Notes under the pieces: generated by a model
Databases searched by the model: none
Seen by the model: the letters and a program-made list of their open reading frames with translations, nothing else
What the model was told of the DNA's origin: nothing
Virus record (IMG/VR): IMGVR_UViG_3300045988_180769
Span: 41,942 to 105,941 of that record
From: a virus
Direction: 5' to 3' (one strand)
Length of the DNA stretch: 64,000 nucleotides
Made by a program: the position numbers and the translations under genes
Part shown: in pieces, positions 52,729 through 60,741 of the stretch
Position numbering within the stretch: the stretch's first letter is position 1
How the letters are laid out: every line of letters begins with the position of its first letter

Positions 52729-53724
52729 TTATCCTTTGAAGCCTAATTTCTTTAATCCATCTATCATTCTATCTTCTTCGTCATATATTGATAAAACCTC
52801 TTCTACCTGCTTTAATATGTTTAAATCTCGATTTCTAAATATCCAACTTCGTATTCTCGCAACTTGAATTTCATTTAAAATAAACTCTTCTAAACTATAT
52901 AATATACCTAATGTATCATTTATCTTTTCACTTATAGGATCAATAACTTTTTCAACTACTTGTTGTTTAATTTCTTGTACTTTTTTCTTTGCACTGTTTA
53001 CTTTTCTTTCAATCTCTATTCCAAAATCATTAAGTAACTTTTTGAATATTGCTCTCATTTCAATTCTCTGTGGAATTACGATAGTGTTCGTTCTTGAATA
53101 GACATGGACTCTTTTACATTGTTCTTCTAAACTTGGTTTATGATATGCATCTCTGCCAAAAATACTTCTAAATACATTCTTCAATCGATATCTTACTTCA
53201 TTTATTGTCAATCCTGTTTTCTTTGCAATCGTTCTTGGACTCTGATATAATGTTTGCTCTGTGAGCACTTGTTCTTTTCTAAAATACTTATGCTTTATAC
53301 CATATTGTGATGCAATCAAGTAATTGTAGATTTCTTGACATTTGATATCCCAATGATATTTGGTATCCTTGATCTTAAATGTGCTTTTTGCATAATTAGG
53401 ATTTCTAATCTCACATATAGCACTACAATCAATATCGCGTATTATCTCGATATGATCTTTGATAAAAGCAACTTGACCATTGGTATAAAGTATTTTATAG
53501 TGATTTTCAACTTTCGCTGTAGACCAATTTAATCTCTTCGAGTAGAGAGTAAACATATGAAATCGACTTCTAAAAATCTCCATTTCATAATTCTTGAGTT
53601 TTCCTGATGACTTTAACATCTCGTAGTAGAGAAGTTTGTTATCGAAACTTGGTTCGAAAGAATCGAACTTTTTTTCTTGGTCTTGTTTTGCCTTTAAAAG
53701 GACTTCTTTGATTTCTTTTCTCAT
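52729..53724 (-). CDS. hypothetical protein with probable HTH (331 aa); first gene of the long leftward operon
   Basis: SPRTIAKKTGLTINEVRYRLKNVF is HTH-like; preceded by a promoter-like box. Confidence 0.55.
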   Translation of the reverse strand: MRKEIKEVLLKAKQDQEKKFDSFEPSFDNKLLYYEMLKSSGKLKNYEMEIFRSRFHMFTLYSKRLNWSTAKVENHYKILYTNGQVAFIKDHIEIIRDIDCSAICEIRNPNYAKSTFKIKDTKYHWDIKCQEIYNYLIASQYGIKHKYFRKEQVLTEQTLYQSPRTIAKKTGLTINEVRYRLKNVFRSIFGRDAYHKPSLEEQCKRVHVYSRTNTIVIPQRIEMRAIFKKLLNDFGIEIERKVNSAKKKVQEIKQQVVEKVIDPISEKINDTLGILYSLEEFILNEIQVARIRSWIFRNRDLNILKQVEEVLSIYDEEDRMIDGLKKLGFKG

Positions 53725-53748
53725 TTTTGTCAGCTTTTTAATATTGAT

Positions 53749-53759
53749 TGTAAAGATAG
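53749..53759 (-). promoter_or_regulatory. promoter-like box CTATCTTTACA
   Basis: 25-35 nt upstream of the ATG at 53724; core TATCTTTA. Confidence 0.4.
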
Positions 53760-53784
53760 ATCTTTATTTTCATATAAAAAGGAA

Positions 53785-53820
53785 AAAGCATTGAAGAGCT
53801 GACATAAACTTCAATGCTTT
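53785..53820 (-). terminator. 12-bp perfect stem-loop (AAAGCATTGAAG-12 nt-CTTCAATGCTTT) followed by TTCCTTTTTAT on the minus strand
   Basis: Read directly; sits in the 564-nt non-coding region just upstream of the operon promoter box. Confidence 0.5.
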
Positions 53821-54288
53821 GCAAAACTTCTTCTCTAAGACAGTTTCAATTTCCTTAAATTAAAAAATGGTTTAAAACAATTTGTAATGATAGTTACAAC
53901 TTTTATTCTCACGAACAAATTATAACTATATGAAATCGCTTTCATTTCATACTGTAAAAGTACTACATTCTATTCATCCTACCTACTCCTATATCAATAG
54001 AGATACCCAATTGATCCTATCTTTTCTCTAACTCCTTCATTTTCAACACTTTCTCCTTTTTTGTTATATATAAGCTATTAATATACTTTGTATATTAGCT
54101 CTTTCTCTTCTATATCCTATTGATAATATCGAAGATATATGATTATTAGATTGCATCTAATATGCTTATCGTAACTTTATCGAAAATATCGTTGATAATC
54201 AATGAGTTAGAAATCTATGAATTAATTCTATTGTTTCATCGAATTTAATCATTATCTTTATGCCTAAACAAATTAAAATGCTATTAAT

Positions 54289-54744
54289 ATGAAAATCATC
54301 TACAATTCAAAAATCGCAAAGATCATTATTCCAACTTTCAAAATGATCTTAATTATGTGTCTACTTCTATGTAAGAAAGGTCCTGAATATTATAAAGAGG
54401 AAGAGATTAAACATGAAGAATGTCATTCATTCCAATGGAAAAGTTTATGTCTCTTTGGGTTTTTCTTATGGCTCTTTGTTGGAACTACCATCAACAATTT
54501 ATGGTTCTTATTTCTTACTCCATTCACCTTTTATATCTATTATGGAATTGAATGGTTGATAAGATTTATAGGAAAGGTTATCAAGACTCCTCCTGTCACT
54601 AAATTTGGTCTAAAGAAATGGTTGAAAGGTTTTGGAGATTTAAGTCATGAAGCATATCGTGACATAGTATTTGAACAAGAGGCGAGAGCTGTTGAATCAG
54701 GAATTACAAAATATGAGTTCCTATCTTTCTTCTTATATTATTAA
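54289..54744 (+). CDS. membrane protein with HExxH motif (151 aa)
   Basis: One of only three plus-strand genes. Has at least three hydrophobic segments and KHEECH (H-E-x-x-H) between TM1 and TM2. Confidence 0.6.
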   Translation: MKIIYNSKIAKIIIPTFKMILIMCLLLCKKGPEYYKEEEIKHEECHSFQWKSLCLFGFFLWLFVGTTINNLWFLFLTPFTFYIYYGIEWLIRFIGKVIKTPPVTKFGLKKWLKGFGDLSHEAYRDIVFEQEARAVESGITKYEFLSFFLYY

Positions 54745-54810
54745 AAACAGTATCTTTATGCCAATTGCATTTAGAACAGTATTTGAGTGAATAGATTTTA
54801 AATTAAGCGA

Positions 54811-54844
54811 AAAAGAGGAGGACTTGTGAAAGCCTTCCTCTTTT
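54811..54844. terminator. bidirectional stem-loop terminator between convergent genes
   Basis: AAAAGAGGAGG-(11 nt)-CCTTCCTCTTTT (11 bp with one bulge), T-runs on both strands. Confidence 0.65.
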
Positions 54845-54863
54845 CTTTTTACATCTTTACTAT

Positions 54864-55385
54864 TTATTTGGTTGTATAAAGTAAAGAAAGTACAGGTAAA
54901 TTGCTAAAATCAGGATGAGCTTTAAGAGCCATTAATTGAATAGAAGTTCTTCCTCCTTCCATAGTTCTTATAAATATAGTTTCTGTGCCATGAGATTCTA
55001 CTGGTAATTTTGTTTCATATCCTAATGAAGGTAGTTTAGAATGATAATACATAGCGAGATCATTCACTAATTGACATGCTTGTCTAAAAGTATTAGGGAA
55101 CAATATTAAACTTCTTGTGTAAGAACCAGTGCTTCGATCTGCTTTCTCAAAGAAAAGACCTGCGATTTGTTCGCCATTGCCTAATCTGGTGGCGAACATA
55201 GTGCCATTATACAACTTCTTATCAGAATAATAAGGTCTCATAAATTTCTTTATTTGTGCCTCACTAACTTTTTTCTCATTCCAAACAAAAGTAGAGTCCA
55301 TTAAGGTAGATACTTTAATACTTAATTGAGCATAACCAATAATCGTAACCATTGCGAAAATCGCAAATAAAATAATCTTTTTCAT
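54864..55385 (-). CDS. secreted protein with N-terminal signal peptide (173 aa)
   Basis: The track start is TTG; ATG at 55385 gives MKKIILFAIFAMVTIIGYAQ..., a classical signal peptide. Confidence 0.6.
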   Translation of the reverse strand: MKKIILFAIFAMVTIIGYAQLSIKVSTLMDSTFVWNEKKVSEAQIKKFMRPYYSDKKLYNGTMFATRLGNGEQIAGLFFEKADRSTGSYTRSLILFPNTFRQACQLVNDLAMYYHSKLPSLGYETKLPVESHGTETIFIRTMEGGRTSIQLMALKAHPDFSNLPVLSLLYTTK

Positions 55386-55460
55386 AATTGTATTTTTTAA
55401 ATTAATGTATTTAATATTCCATATATTAATATAAATCCCTTTTTCATCTCTCAACCACAG

Positions 55461-55583
55461 TTATTTCTTCTTTTTTCGTTTTAAGCTATCATTTTCACTC
55501 ATTAACAGAGCCAATCCAGTTACAAGTAGACATGCAATTCCACCTAACCCAGCTATGATGTCTTGTAAAGTGTATATAAACAT
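55461..55583 (-). CDS. small single-pass membrane protein (40 aa), below the track threshold
   Basis: Hand translation: MFIYTLQDIIAGLGGIACLLVTGLALLMSENDSLKRKKKK. Fills an otherwise empty gap. Confidence 0.4.
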   Translation of the reverse strand: MFIYTLQDIIAGLGGIACLLVTGLALLMSENDSLKRKKKK

Positions 55584-55588
55584 AATCT

Positions 55589-55909
55589 TTAACTTTTAAT
55601 CATTTGTCTTAATTGCCTTTGAATGTATCTACAAGTGTTCACTTTTTCAGTAGAAAGGCAATCATTAAAATCTACTGTAAATTGTTCCACTTGATCTTCA
55701 AGATTTTCCAATGCTTTAATCATCTTTCTTTTAAGATCAGGATCGATACACTTTCCCACCTTTTTTAAAAGTTCATTTCTCGCTTGGATCGCTTCATCAA
55801 GAGTCTCATGAGATCCTCCTTCATACTTCTTTCTCTTATGAGTGATTATAACTCGATAAGGTTTCTTCACACCACTTGTGTAGTAGATGTATTTATTCTC
55901 GACTTTCAT
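55589..55909 (-). CDS. AP2-like DNA-binding protein (106 aa), paralog of 58158-58472
   Basis: YIYYTSGVKKPYRVIITHKRKKYEGGSHETLDEAIQARNELL fits the AP2/integrase-DNA-binding pattern (three strands plus helix). Confidence 0.55.
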   Translation of the reverse strand: MKVENKYIYYTSGVKKPYRVIITHKRKKYEGGSHETLDEAIQARNELLKKVGKCIDPDLKRKMIKALENLEDQVEQFTVDFNDCLSTEKVNTCRYIQRQLRQMIKS

Positions 55910-56204
55910 ATTGAGCTACTAATTTGTTTACTTTCTTAATGAGGGACTCTTCATCTTTCCATTCCTTTCTCATCTCATTCCATTTCAAACGACCACCAAA
56001 AAGATTGAATCTCTTATTATAATCTCCAAACCATAATTGAATGTATTGATAATCGTCAACGATTTTTGTCTCAATTTGGAAATGAGTAAATTGACCTTTT
56101 ACTTCATTACCTTCAGTAAAGATGTAAGGTTTGTCGAATTCGACACCTTTTTGTAGCAAAACACTTACCATTTTGCTACTCTTGTCTAAAAATATCTTTT
56201 TCAT
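55893..56204 (-). CDS. hypothetical protein (103 aa)
   Basis: ATG checked; overlaps neighbours by 4 and 17 nt. Confidence 0.55.
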   Translation of the reverse strand: MKKIFLDKSSKMVSVLLQKGVEFDKPYIFTEGNEVKGQFTHFQIETKIVDDYQYIQLWFGDYNKRFNLFGGRLKWNEMRKEWKDEESLIKKVNKLVAQYESRE

Positions 56205-56476
56205 AATGCTTTGATGATTCGTTCGATTTCTTTTTTATCTGACGCACTCGCTTTTCCATAATTTATAATAGGTACTATTGTTCCATGACCTTTTGATCCT
56301 TCATATGGAACAAATTTTCCTAAAACACAGCGACTATAACCATCTTTCAATTCAGAGAAACTAATTCTATCGGCACCATATTTATTTGTAGATGGATCAA
56401 TTTTAATTGTGAATATTGGTTTAAAACCTTTACTAATTAAAATCTGGTTTATTTCACTAACTGTTAAAGTCTTCAT
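56201..56476 (-). CDS. hypothetical protein (91 aa)
   Basis: First gene after the promoter-leader cassette. Confidence 0.6.
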   Translation of the reverse strand: MKTLTVSEINQILISKGFKPIFTIKIDPSTNKYGADRISFSELKDGYSRCVLGKFVPYEGSKGHGTIVPIINYGKASASDKKEIERIIKAL

Positions 56477-56507
56477 ATCTATCGTTTTTAGTTATTGATC
56501 TTTTTCT

Positions 56508-56522
56508 TATGTCTAAAGATAC
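56508..56522 (-). promoter_or_regulatory. promoter box GTATCTTTAGACATA with conserved leader (56477-56507) and upstream element CTTTTTGGACATAAAAGGTT (56541-56560)
   Basis: The leader is 24/24 identical to 40158-40181. The core of the upstream element (ACCTTTTATGTCCAAAAG on the plus strand, 56543-56560) is repeated exactly at 60245-60262 with the same 33-nt spacing to the box. Confidence 0.55.
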
Positions 56523-56572
56523 GACTTTTTATTGACATAACAACCTTTTATGTCCAAAAAGATTAAATAAAA

Positions 56573-56594
56573 AGAGCGACCTTTTGGTCGCTCT
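56573..56594 (-). terminator. rho-independent terminator AGAGCGACC-AAAA-GGTCGCTCT + TTTTATTT
   Basis: 9-bp perfect GC-containing stem, 4-nt loop, U-tract. Lies after the stop at 56721. Confidence 0.75.
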
Positions 56595-56720
56595 AATTCA
56601 AAGAATGATAGAAATTTCTCTTTTTAATACTTGTTAATACCATTACAAAGAAAGCATATCAAAACTCGAATTAAACGAGAATTAACATGCTTTCAAACCA
56701 ATCAAAACAAAAAGTATTCT

Positions 56721-57071
56721 TTACATTGTTCTTTGTGGATCAAAGAAAGAGGTAATATCATATTCCTTGATCAAATTCGCCAACGATTGCCAATCGAAAA
56801 CCATCAATTGTTGTGTTCCATTATAAACTCTCACTTTCTTGTCTTTATTACAAGACTCTCGAACCTTCTTCCATGCGAGTGATGAAATATTCTTTTTGAA
56901 TTGAAGGACCACAAGTTCCTCGATAGGCATTTCAATCAACCTCTCAATATCCTTCTTTATCTCTTCAGTAAAGAGATGAGTGTCTTTCAAAAGAATCAAC
57001 TTGTTTGATTCGCACAACCAATCAATGTAATGAGAAGTTCCTTTTATGTAGGAAAAAATTAAATTATCCAT
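56721..57071 (-). CDS. hypothetical protein (116 aa)
   Basis: ATG checked. Confidence 0.55.
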   Translation of the reverse strand: MDNLIFSYIKGTSHYIDWLCESNKLILLKDTHLFTEEIKKDIERLIEMPIEELVVLQFKKNISSLAWKKVRESCNKDKKVRVYNGTQQLMVFDWQSLANLIKEYDITSFFDPQRTM

Positions 57072-57074
57072 AGC

Positions 57075-57263
57075 TTATTCATCTTTTAATAAAACCTCAT
57101 TTCGAAGTTGATCAAAATTATTCATTGATATTCCACAAATTATGAGACATGTATCTCCTTCGTTAATCCAATCAATACCAGTCGCATCTAACCAATCTTC
57201 CACTCTTCGACGATCTACTATATTTGAAAATTCGATCGTAACATCCATGTATATGTTTAGCAT
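57075..57263 (-). CDS. hypothetical protein (62 aa)
   Basis: ATG checked; tightly packed. Confidence 0.5.
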   Translation of the reverse strand: MLNIYMDVTIEFSNIVDRRRVEDWLDATGIDWINEGDTCLIICGISMNNFDQLRNEVLLKDE

Positions 57264-57264
57264 A

Positions 57265-57684
57265 TTATTTATCTTTCATTATGTGAATAATCTCATTCAT
57301 TCGATGGACATCTTGAGGATTCGCATCGACCTTTACTCGATCATAACGACTTAAGAATTGACAAATCTCTCTTAAATCTCGATCGCGAAGATCAATAAAC
57401 TTAATAAGTGCTTCTTTTTCACCTTGTAGAGATATCACTGCCCAAGACTTTCCATAGTAAGATACATCGCAACTTATATCTAAACACCCAAGAGATGCTT
57501 TTAATTGTTCAACATATTGAATAACATGTTTCGCTTCTTCAATAATTTCCTTTGAACACTCATAACATTCTTTTGTGTTCTTCAATGCCCTCGCAGACGA
57601 TTCTTGTACATCCATGACGATTTCGATCATCTTGTTGTACTCTTCTTTAAAAACCCATTTAAAAAACTTCTTAATTAATTTCAT
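57265..57684 (-). CDS. hypothetical protein (139 aa)
   Basis: ATG checked. Confidence 0.55.
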   Translation of the reverse strand: MKLIKKFFKWVFKEEYNKMIEIVMDVQESSARALKNTKECYECSKEIIEEAKHVIQYVEQLKASLGCLDISCDVSYYGKSWAVISLQGEKEALIKFIDLRDRDLREICQFLSRYDRVKVDANPQDVHRMNEIIHIMKDK

Positions 57685-57688
57685 GACT

Positions 57689-57922
57689 TTATTTATTTCG
57701 TTCCCATTTATGACAAATTGTTAGTGCTTTCCTAATTGTAGAACAACCTGCACGATAATGACGCATTTTGTTAAGAGCGTCATTCTTCAAGAAATACTTG
57801 ATACACTTGCGTTCAAATCGAGTTTTATTAACCTCATCCATATGACCACTAAAGCACCAGGCGTATCCTGTCGAATACTTAACACAATTCTTTATGATCT
57901 TTTTCGCTTGTCTTATTTTCAT
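57689..57922 (-). CDS. hypothetical basic protein (77 aa)
   Basis: ATG checked. Confidence 0.5.
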   Translation of the reverse strand: MKIRQAKKIIKNCVKYSTGYAWCFSGHMDEVNKTRFERKCIKYFLKNDALNKMRHYRAGCSTIRKALTICHKWERNK

Positions 57923-57924
57923 AA

Positions 57925-58161
57925 CTATCTATGTTTTAATCGTTTAATAGCATCTTTCTTTGAATAAGCCATAATCTTGTGACCTTTGATAGAGAACTCT
58001 TTAAGCTCTTTCTTCGCCTCTTTCACTCTATAGTCAGGATCAAATGACATTGCTTTACTATGATGACTTCTTTTTCTTTCATAAAGATCGTCATAATATC
58101 CATTTGTAGCATAAATCGCCTGTGTAGCCATGAGTGCCAATAATTTCCTTGTATTATTCAT
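57925..58161 (-). CDS. hypothetical protein (78 aa)
   Basis: ATG checked; ATGA-type overlap downstream. Confidence 0.5.
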   Translation of the reverse strand: MNNTRKLLALMATQAIYATNGYYDDLYERKRSHHSKAMSFDPDYRVKEAKKELKEFSIKGHKIMAYSKKDAIKRLKHR

Positions 58162-58472
58162 ATCTTTTCTACTGTCGATTTTAGTCTTGATAATCCAGAA
58201 GTAATCTCATCAACACATCTTAATGAAATATTCTCCTTTCCACCATTATTCAATATATTCTCAATCATATTAATTGCCACACGAATCGTTTGCTTCACTT
58301 TTAATCTTACTCGAACATCAATAGGTTTATTGATCTCCTTCACAAGACGATCTCTTGATTCAATAGCATCACTTATAGTTACATGAACACCTCCATTATA
58401 CCTTTTACCATTATGTGTTACTATGACTCGATAGGGTTTATTAGAGGTGTTCATGTAAATGAACTTTTCCAT
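58158..58472 (-). CDS. AP2-like DNA-binding protein (104 aa), paralog of 55589-55909
   Basis: MEKFIYMNTSNKPYRVIVTHNGKRYNGGVHVTISDAIESRDRLV aligns with the paralog. The track start at 58490 is GTG; ATG at 58472 is preferred. Confidence 0.55.
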   Translation of the reverse strand: MEKFIYMNTSNKPYRVIVTHNGKRYNGGVHVTISDAIESRDRLVKEINKPIDVRVRLKVKQTIRVAINMIENILNNGGKENISLRCVDEITSGLSRLKSTVEKI

Positions 58473-58486
58473 TGTCGATCTATTTC

Positions 58487-58684
58487 TCACTTTACTTCCT
58501 CCACAAGATATCTAAAAGGTTTTCGAGATATGCACTTTAAGTCTTTTATTGCACATATTCTTTTTGCACATTGTTCAGCACATTCTTTATTCTTAAAAGG
58601 CCCACATGTTGCGAGTGTCCTTTGTCGATCTTGATCGATAAGCCAAATATTAAACATTGGCCAATTTTTCCATTCTTCAATCAT
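58487..58684 (-). CDS. hypothetical protein (65 aa)
   Basis: ATG checked. Confidence 0.45.
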   Translation of the reverse strand: MIEEWKNWPMFNIWLIDQDRQRTLATCGPFKNKECAEQCAKRICAIKDLKCISRKPFRYLVEEVK

Positions 58685-58863
58685 CTAAATACGTAATTAA
58701 TGTAACTTGATACCCAACTCATAAATTGTATCATTGCAAAAAATGCAATCACTGCCAAGATAGCACAAGTGCTATAAGTAAATTTCACCCAAATCTCACG
58801 ATACTTCTTATTCAAGACCTTTTTACCAAAGCGTCCATGAATTATTGCCACAATCTTATTCAT
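58681..58863 (-). CDS. small membrane protein (60 aa)
   Basis: ATG at 58863 forms an ATGA overlap with the upstream stop; hydrophobic segment CAILAVIAFFAMIQFMSWV. Confidence 0.5.
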   Translation of the reverse strand: MNKIVAIIHGRFGKKVLNKKYREIWVKFTYSTCAILAVIAFFAMIQFMSWVSSYINYVFR

Positions 58864-59057
58864 ATACACTCTATAAATTTAGTTGATTTTTGACCATCTT
58901 TAGTAGTATAAATAGAAGTTGATTTCCCATCTACATTTTCGATATCACATATCAATCCACACTTTGTACACTTTCTATGAGATTGATTAGGATTATTGAT
59001 CCAAGAATGAACTTTCATTCCTTTCACCACATGACCTCTTCTATTAATAAATCCCAT
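58860..59057 (-). CDS. hypothetical protein (65 aa)
   Basis: ATG checked; CTKCG motif. Confidence 0.45.
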   Translation of the reverse strand: MGFINRRGHVVKGMKVHSWINNPNQSHRKCTKCGLICDIENVDGKSTSIYTTKDGQKSTKFIECI

Positions 59058-59060
59058 ATA

Positions 59061-59285
59061 TTATATACTTAAAGTGTTTTCCTCTGCACACTGAAATAGA
59101 TCGTTTGCGATCATCTTTATAGAGTTATAACCTCTACAAGTTTCTTCATAGTCACTCTTCGAGATAATACCTCTTTCGAAAAGAGCTTCATTTCTCTTTT
59201 CCATTGCCTCGACTTCCTTCTCGATACGACCTACATATCGAGCCAATATCATACTCGCATTCTGCGAGATGTGTGATGATGCCAT
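59061..59285 (-). CDS. hypothetical protein (74 aa)
   Basis: ATG checked; preceded by a perfect TAnnTTTG box. Confidence 0.5.
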   Translation of the reverse strand: MASSHISQNASMILARYVGRIEKEVEAMEKRNEALFERGIISKSDYEETCRGYNSIKMIANDLFQCAEENTLSI

Positions 59286-59308
59286 AATGTTATATATTTT
59301 AATTTGAA

Positions 59309-59319
59309 CACAAAGATAC
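59309..59319 (-). promoter_or_regulatory. promoter box GTATCTTTGTG (contains a perfect TAnnTTTG)
   Basis: Lies in the 60-nt gap between the stop at 59346 and the ATG at 59285. Confidence 0.5.
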
Positions 59320-59345
59320 TCATTTGATCACGATTGACCAACTAG

Positions 59346-59924
59346 TCAATCGTTTTTCTTGGTCTTAAATTCCCTTTGATCTACAAATTTATCTTTGACA
59401 TAGATCAACCACACTCTACGAACATTGGTATATGTACAATTAAGAATAGTGCGAATCTTATAATGAGACCAAGTAGGATGTTCGATAAGCATCTTGTAAA
59501 TCTTCAAAGATTGCTCACCACGAGGCATATCGAGAGCTTCTTTTGATCTTTTTTCTTTCACTTGTTTGCGAGCAAAAACGATTTGGCAAAGAAACTTGTC
59601 ATAACAATAAAATGTAGCACCAAGAGTTTTCTTAATTGACTTATATTCATAGACTGCATCATTATAACATTCTTTTGGAAATGTCACATAAACACGAGTT
59701 GAACTCGTACTTTTATCAAATACTCCTTTGTACTTCATTACGAAATCGTAGAACTCTTGTTTCTTAGAGATTGATGGATCAATTTCCATCTTTGGCTTCA
59801 AAGCCTCTTCTTTCTCATTGATCATTGCGATCAACTCGTCTTTCTTGAACTTTTTTGCATTCTTGATATTAAGTTCACTTGCTCTTTTTCTCAATTGTTC
59901 TACATTCATTTCTAAAGTTTTCAT
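59346..59924 (-). CDS. protein with N-terminal Rho_N/HeH motif and C-terminal HTH-like region (192 aa)
   Basis: MNVEQLRKRASELNIKNAKKFKKDELIAMI matches the Rho-N pattern. Confidence 0.55.
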   Translation of the reverse strand: MKTLEMNVEQLRKRASELNIKNAKKFKKDELIAMINEKEEALKPKMEIDPSISKKQEFYDFVMKYKGVFDKSTSSTRVYVTFPKECYNDAVYEYKSIKKTLGATFYCYDKFLCQIVFARKQVKEKRSKEALDMPRGEQSLKIYKMLIEHPTWSHYKIRTILNCTYTNVRRVWLIYVKDKFVDQREFKTKKND

Positions 59925-59950
59925 AATCTATAATGTTTTTAGGGTTTATA

Positions 59951-60169
59951 TTAAAATTGATAGTTTGCTACAAAATTGCCATTCTCGTCATAGAGAAGAC
60001 CATCTCTATTACTCATTTGATAAGTGAAAGTCATTTCTTGATTTGAGAAGTAATACTCTTCACTAAAATCACTAAAATTAGTCTTCGATCCAATGCACAC
60101 TAAATTCAAAACCTCACTTGTTTTTGCATTGATGAATTCAATTACTTGATTTAAACTAATTGTTGTCAT
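59951..60169 (-). CDS. hypothetical protein (72 aa)
   Basis: First gene after the 60.2 kb promoter cassette. Confidence 0.5.
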   Translation of the reverse strand: MTTISLNQVIEFINAKTSEVLNLVCIGSKTNFSDFSEEYYFSNQEMTFTYQMSNRDGLLYDENGNFVANYQF

Positions 60170-60211
60170 AATATTTAAGTTTTTAGTTTATTACTTGTTG
60201 TCCTTTTTGGA

Positions 60212-60224
60212 TATCTAAAGATAC
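60212..60224 (-). promoter_or_regulatory. promoter box GTATCTTTAGATA with upstream element CTTTTGGACATAAAAGGTT (60244-60262)
   Basis: Same box as at 40183-40195, and the upstream element shares the 18-nt core found at 56543-56560. Confidence 0.55.
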
Positions 60225-60484
60225 ACCTTTATTTCGAGATACTAACCTTTTATGTCCAAAAGTTTTTGATTTTAAAACTTTTTAAGATTTGATCTTAGTC
60301 ACCTTAGTATAAGGAGCAAAGTTGTTCTCTCGTTTCAATACCTAAAGGTCCCTGTTATTATAACATGGTCCAACACTTTTGCAAAATTATTCACCAATAT
60401 TTTTCTTACTCATGGTCAAGTACTAATAAATATTAATTTCGACCATAAATATGGTGAATGTGTAGCTACACATTAGAAAAAGTC

Positions 60485-60497
60485 GTATCTTTAGATA
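60485..60497 (+). promoter_or_regulatory. promoter box GTATCTTTAGATA on the plus strand
   Basis: The same 13-mer in the opposite orientation, 41 nt upstream of the plus-strand ATG at 60539. Defines a divergent control region. Confidence 0.55.
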
Positions 60498-60538
60498 TTG
60501 AAAAAAGGAACATATTAACTAATTAAATAATAAAAATT

Positions 60539-60718
60539 ATGGAAATAAAGAATGTTATCAAAGAAGTGAGTTATAAAGGACATGTAATTACGAAGTTTGA
60601 AGATGAATTTAAACAAGAATTCGTAATTATAGATAACGATAAATCAAAACCCTATGCAAGTATTGAAGATGCGAAGAGGATTATTAGAAATGAACAACCC
60701 TATTATGAAATAATTTAG
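60539..60718 (+). CDS. small ORF (59 aa, MEIKNVIKEVSYKGHVITKFEDEFKQEF...), below the track threshold
   Basis: Hand translation. Preceded by the plus-strand promoter box and followed by the 97-aa plus-strand ORF. Confidence 0.5.
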   Translation: MEIKNVIKEVSYKGHVITKFEDEFKQEFVIIDNDKSKPYASIEDAKRIIRNEQPYYEII

Positions 60719-60741
60719 AATCATCTCATAAAACAGCAATT

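Noticed and set aside
54750-54850. Plus-strand box GTATCTTTATG just after the stop of the 151-aa gene, followed about 50 nt later by the bidirectional terminator: a candidate approx 80-nt sRNA.
   Set aside because: The terminator is fully explained as the end of the two convergent genes and a single box occurrence can be chance in AT-rich DNA. It remains only a low-probability idea, testable by small-RNA-seq.
56631-56882. 83-aa plus-strand ORF overlapping the 116-aa minus-strand gene, and likewise 63258-63440 (+) spanning a leader and gene end.
   Set aside because: Both run against the uniform transcription direction and have no promoter box. One starts inside a terminator-promoter region and the other covers the inverted-repeat leader; both are judged spurious.
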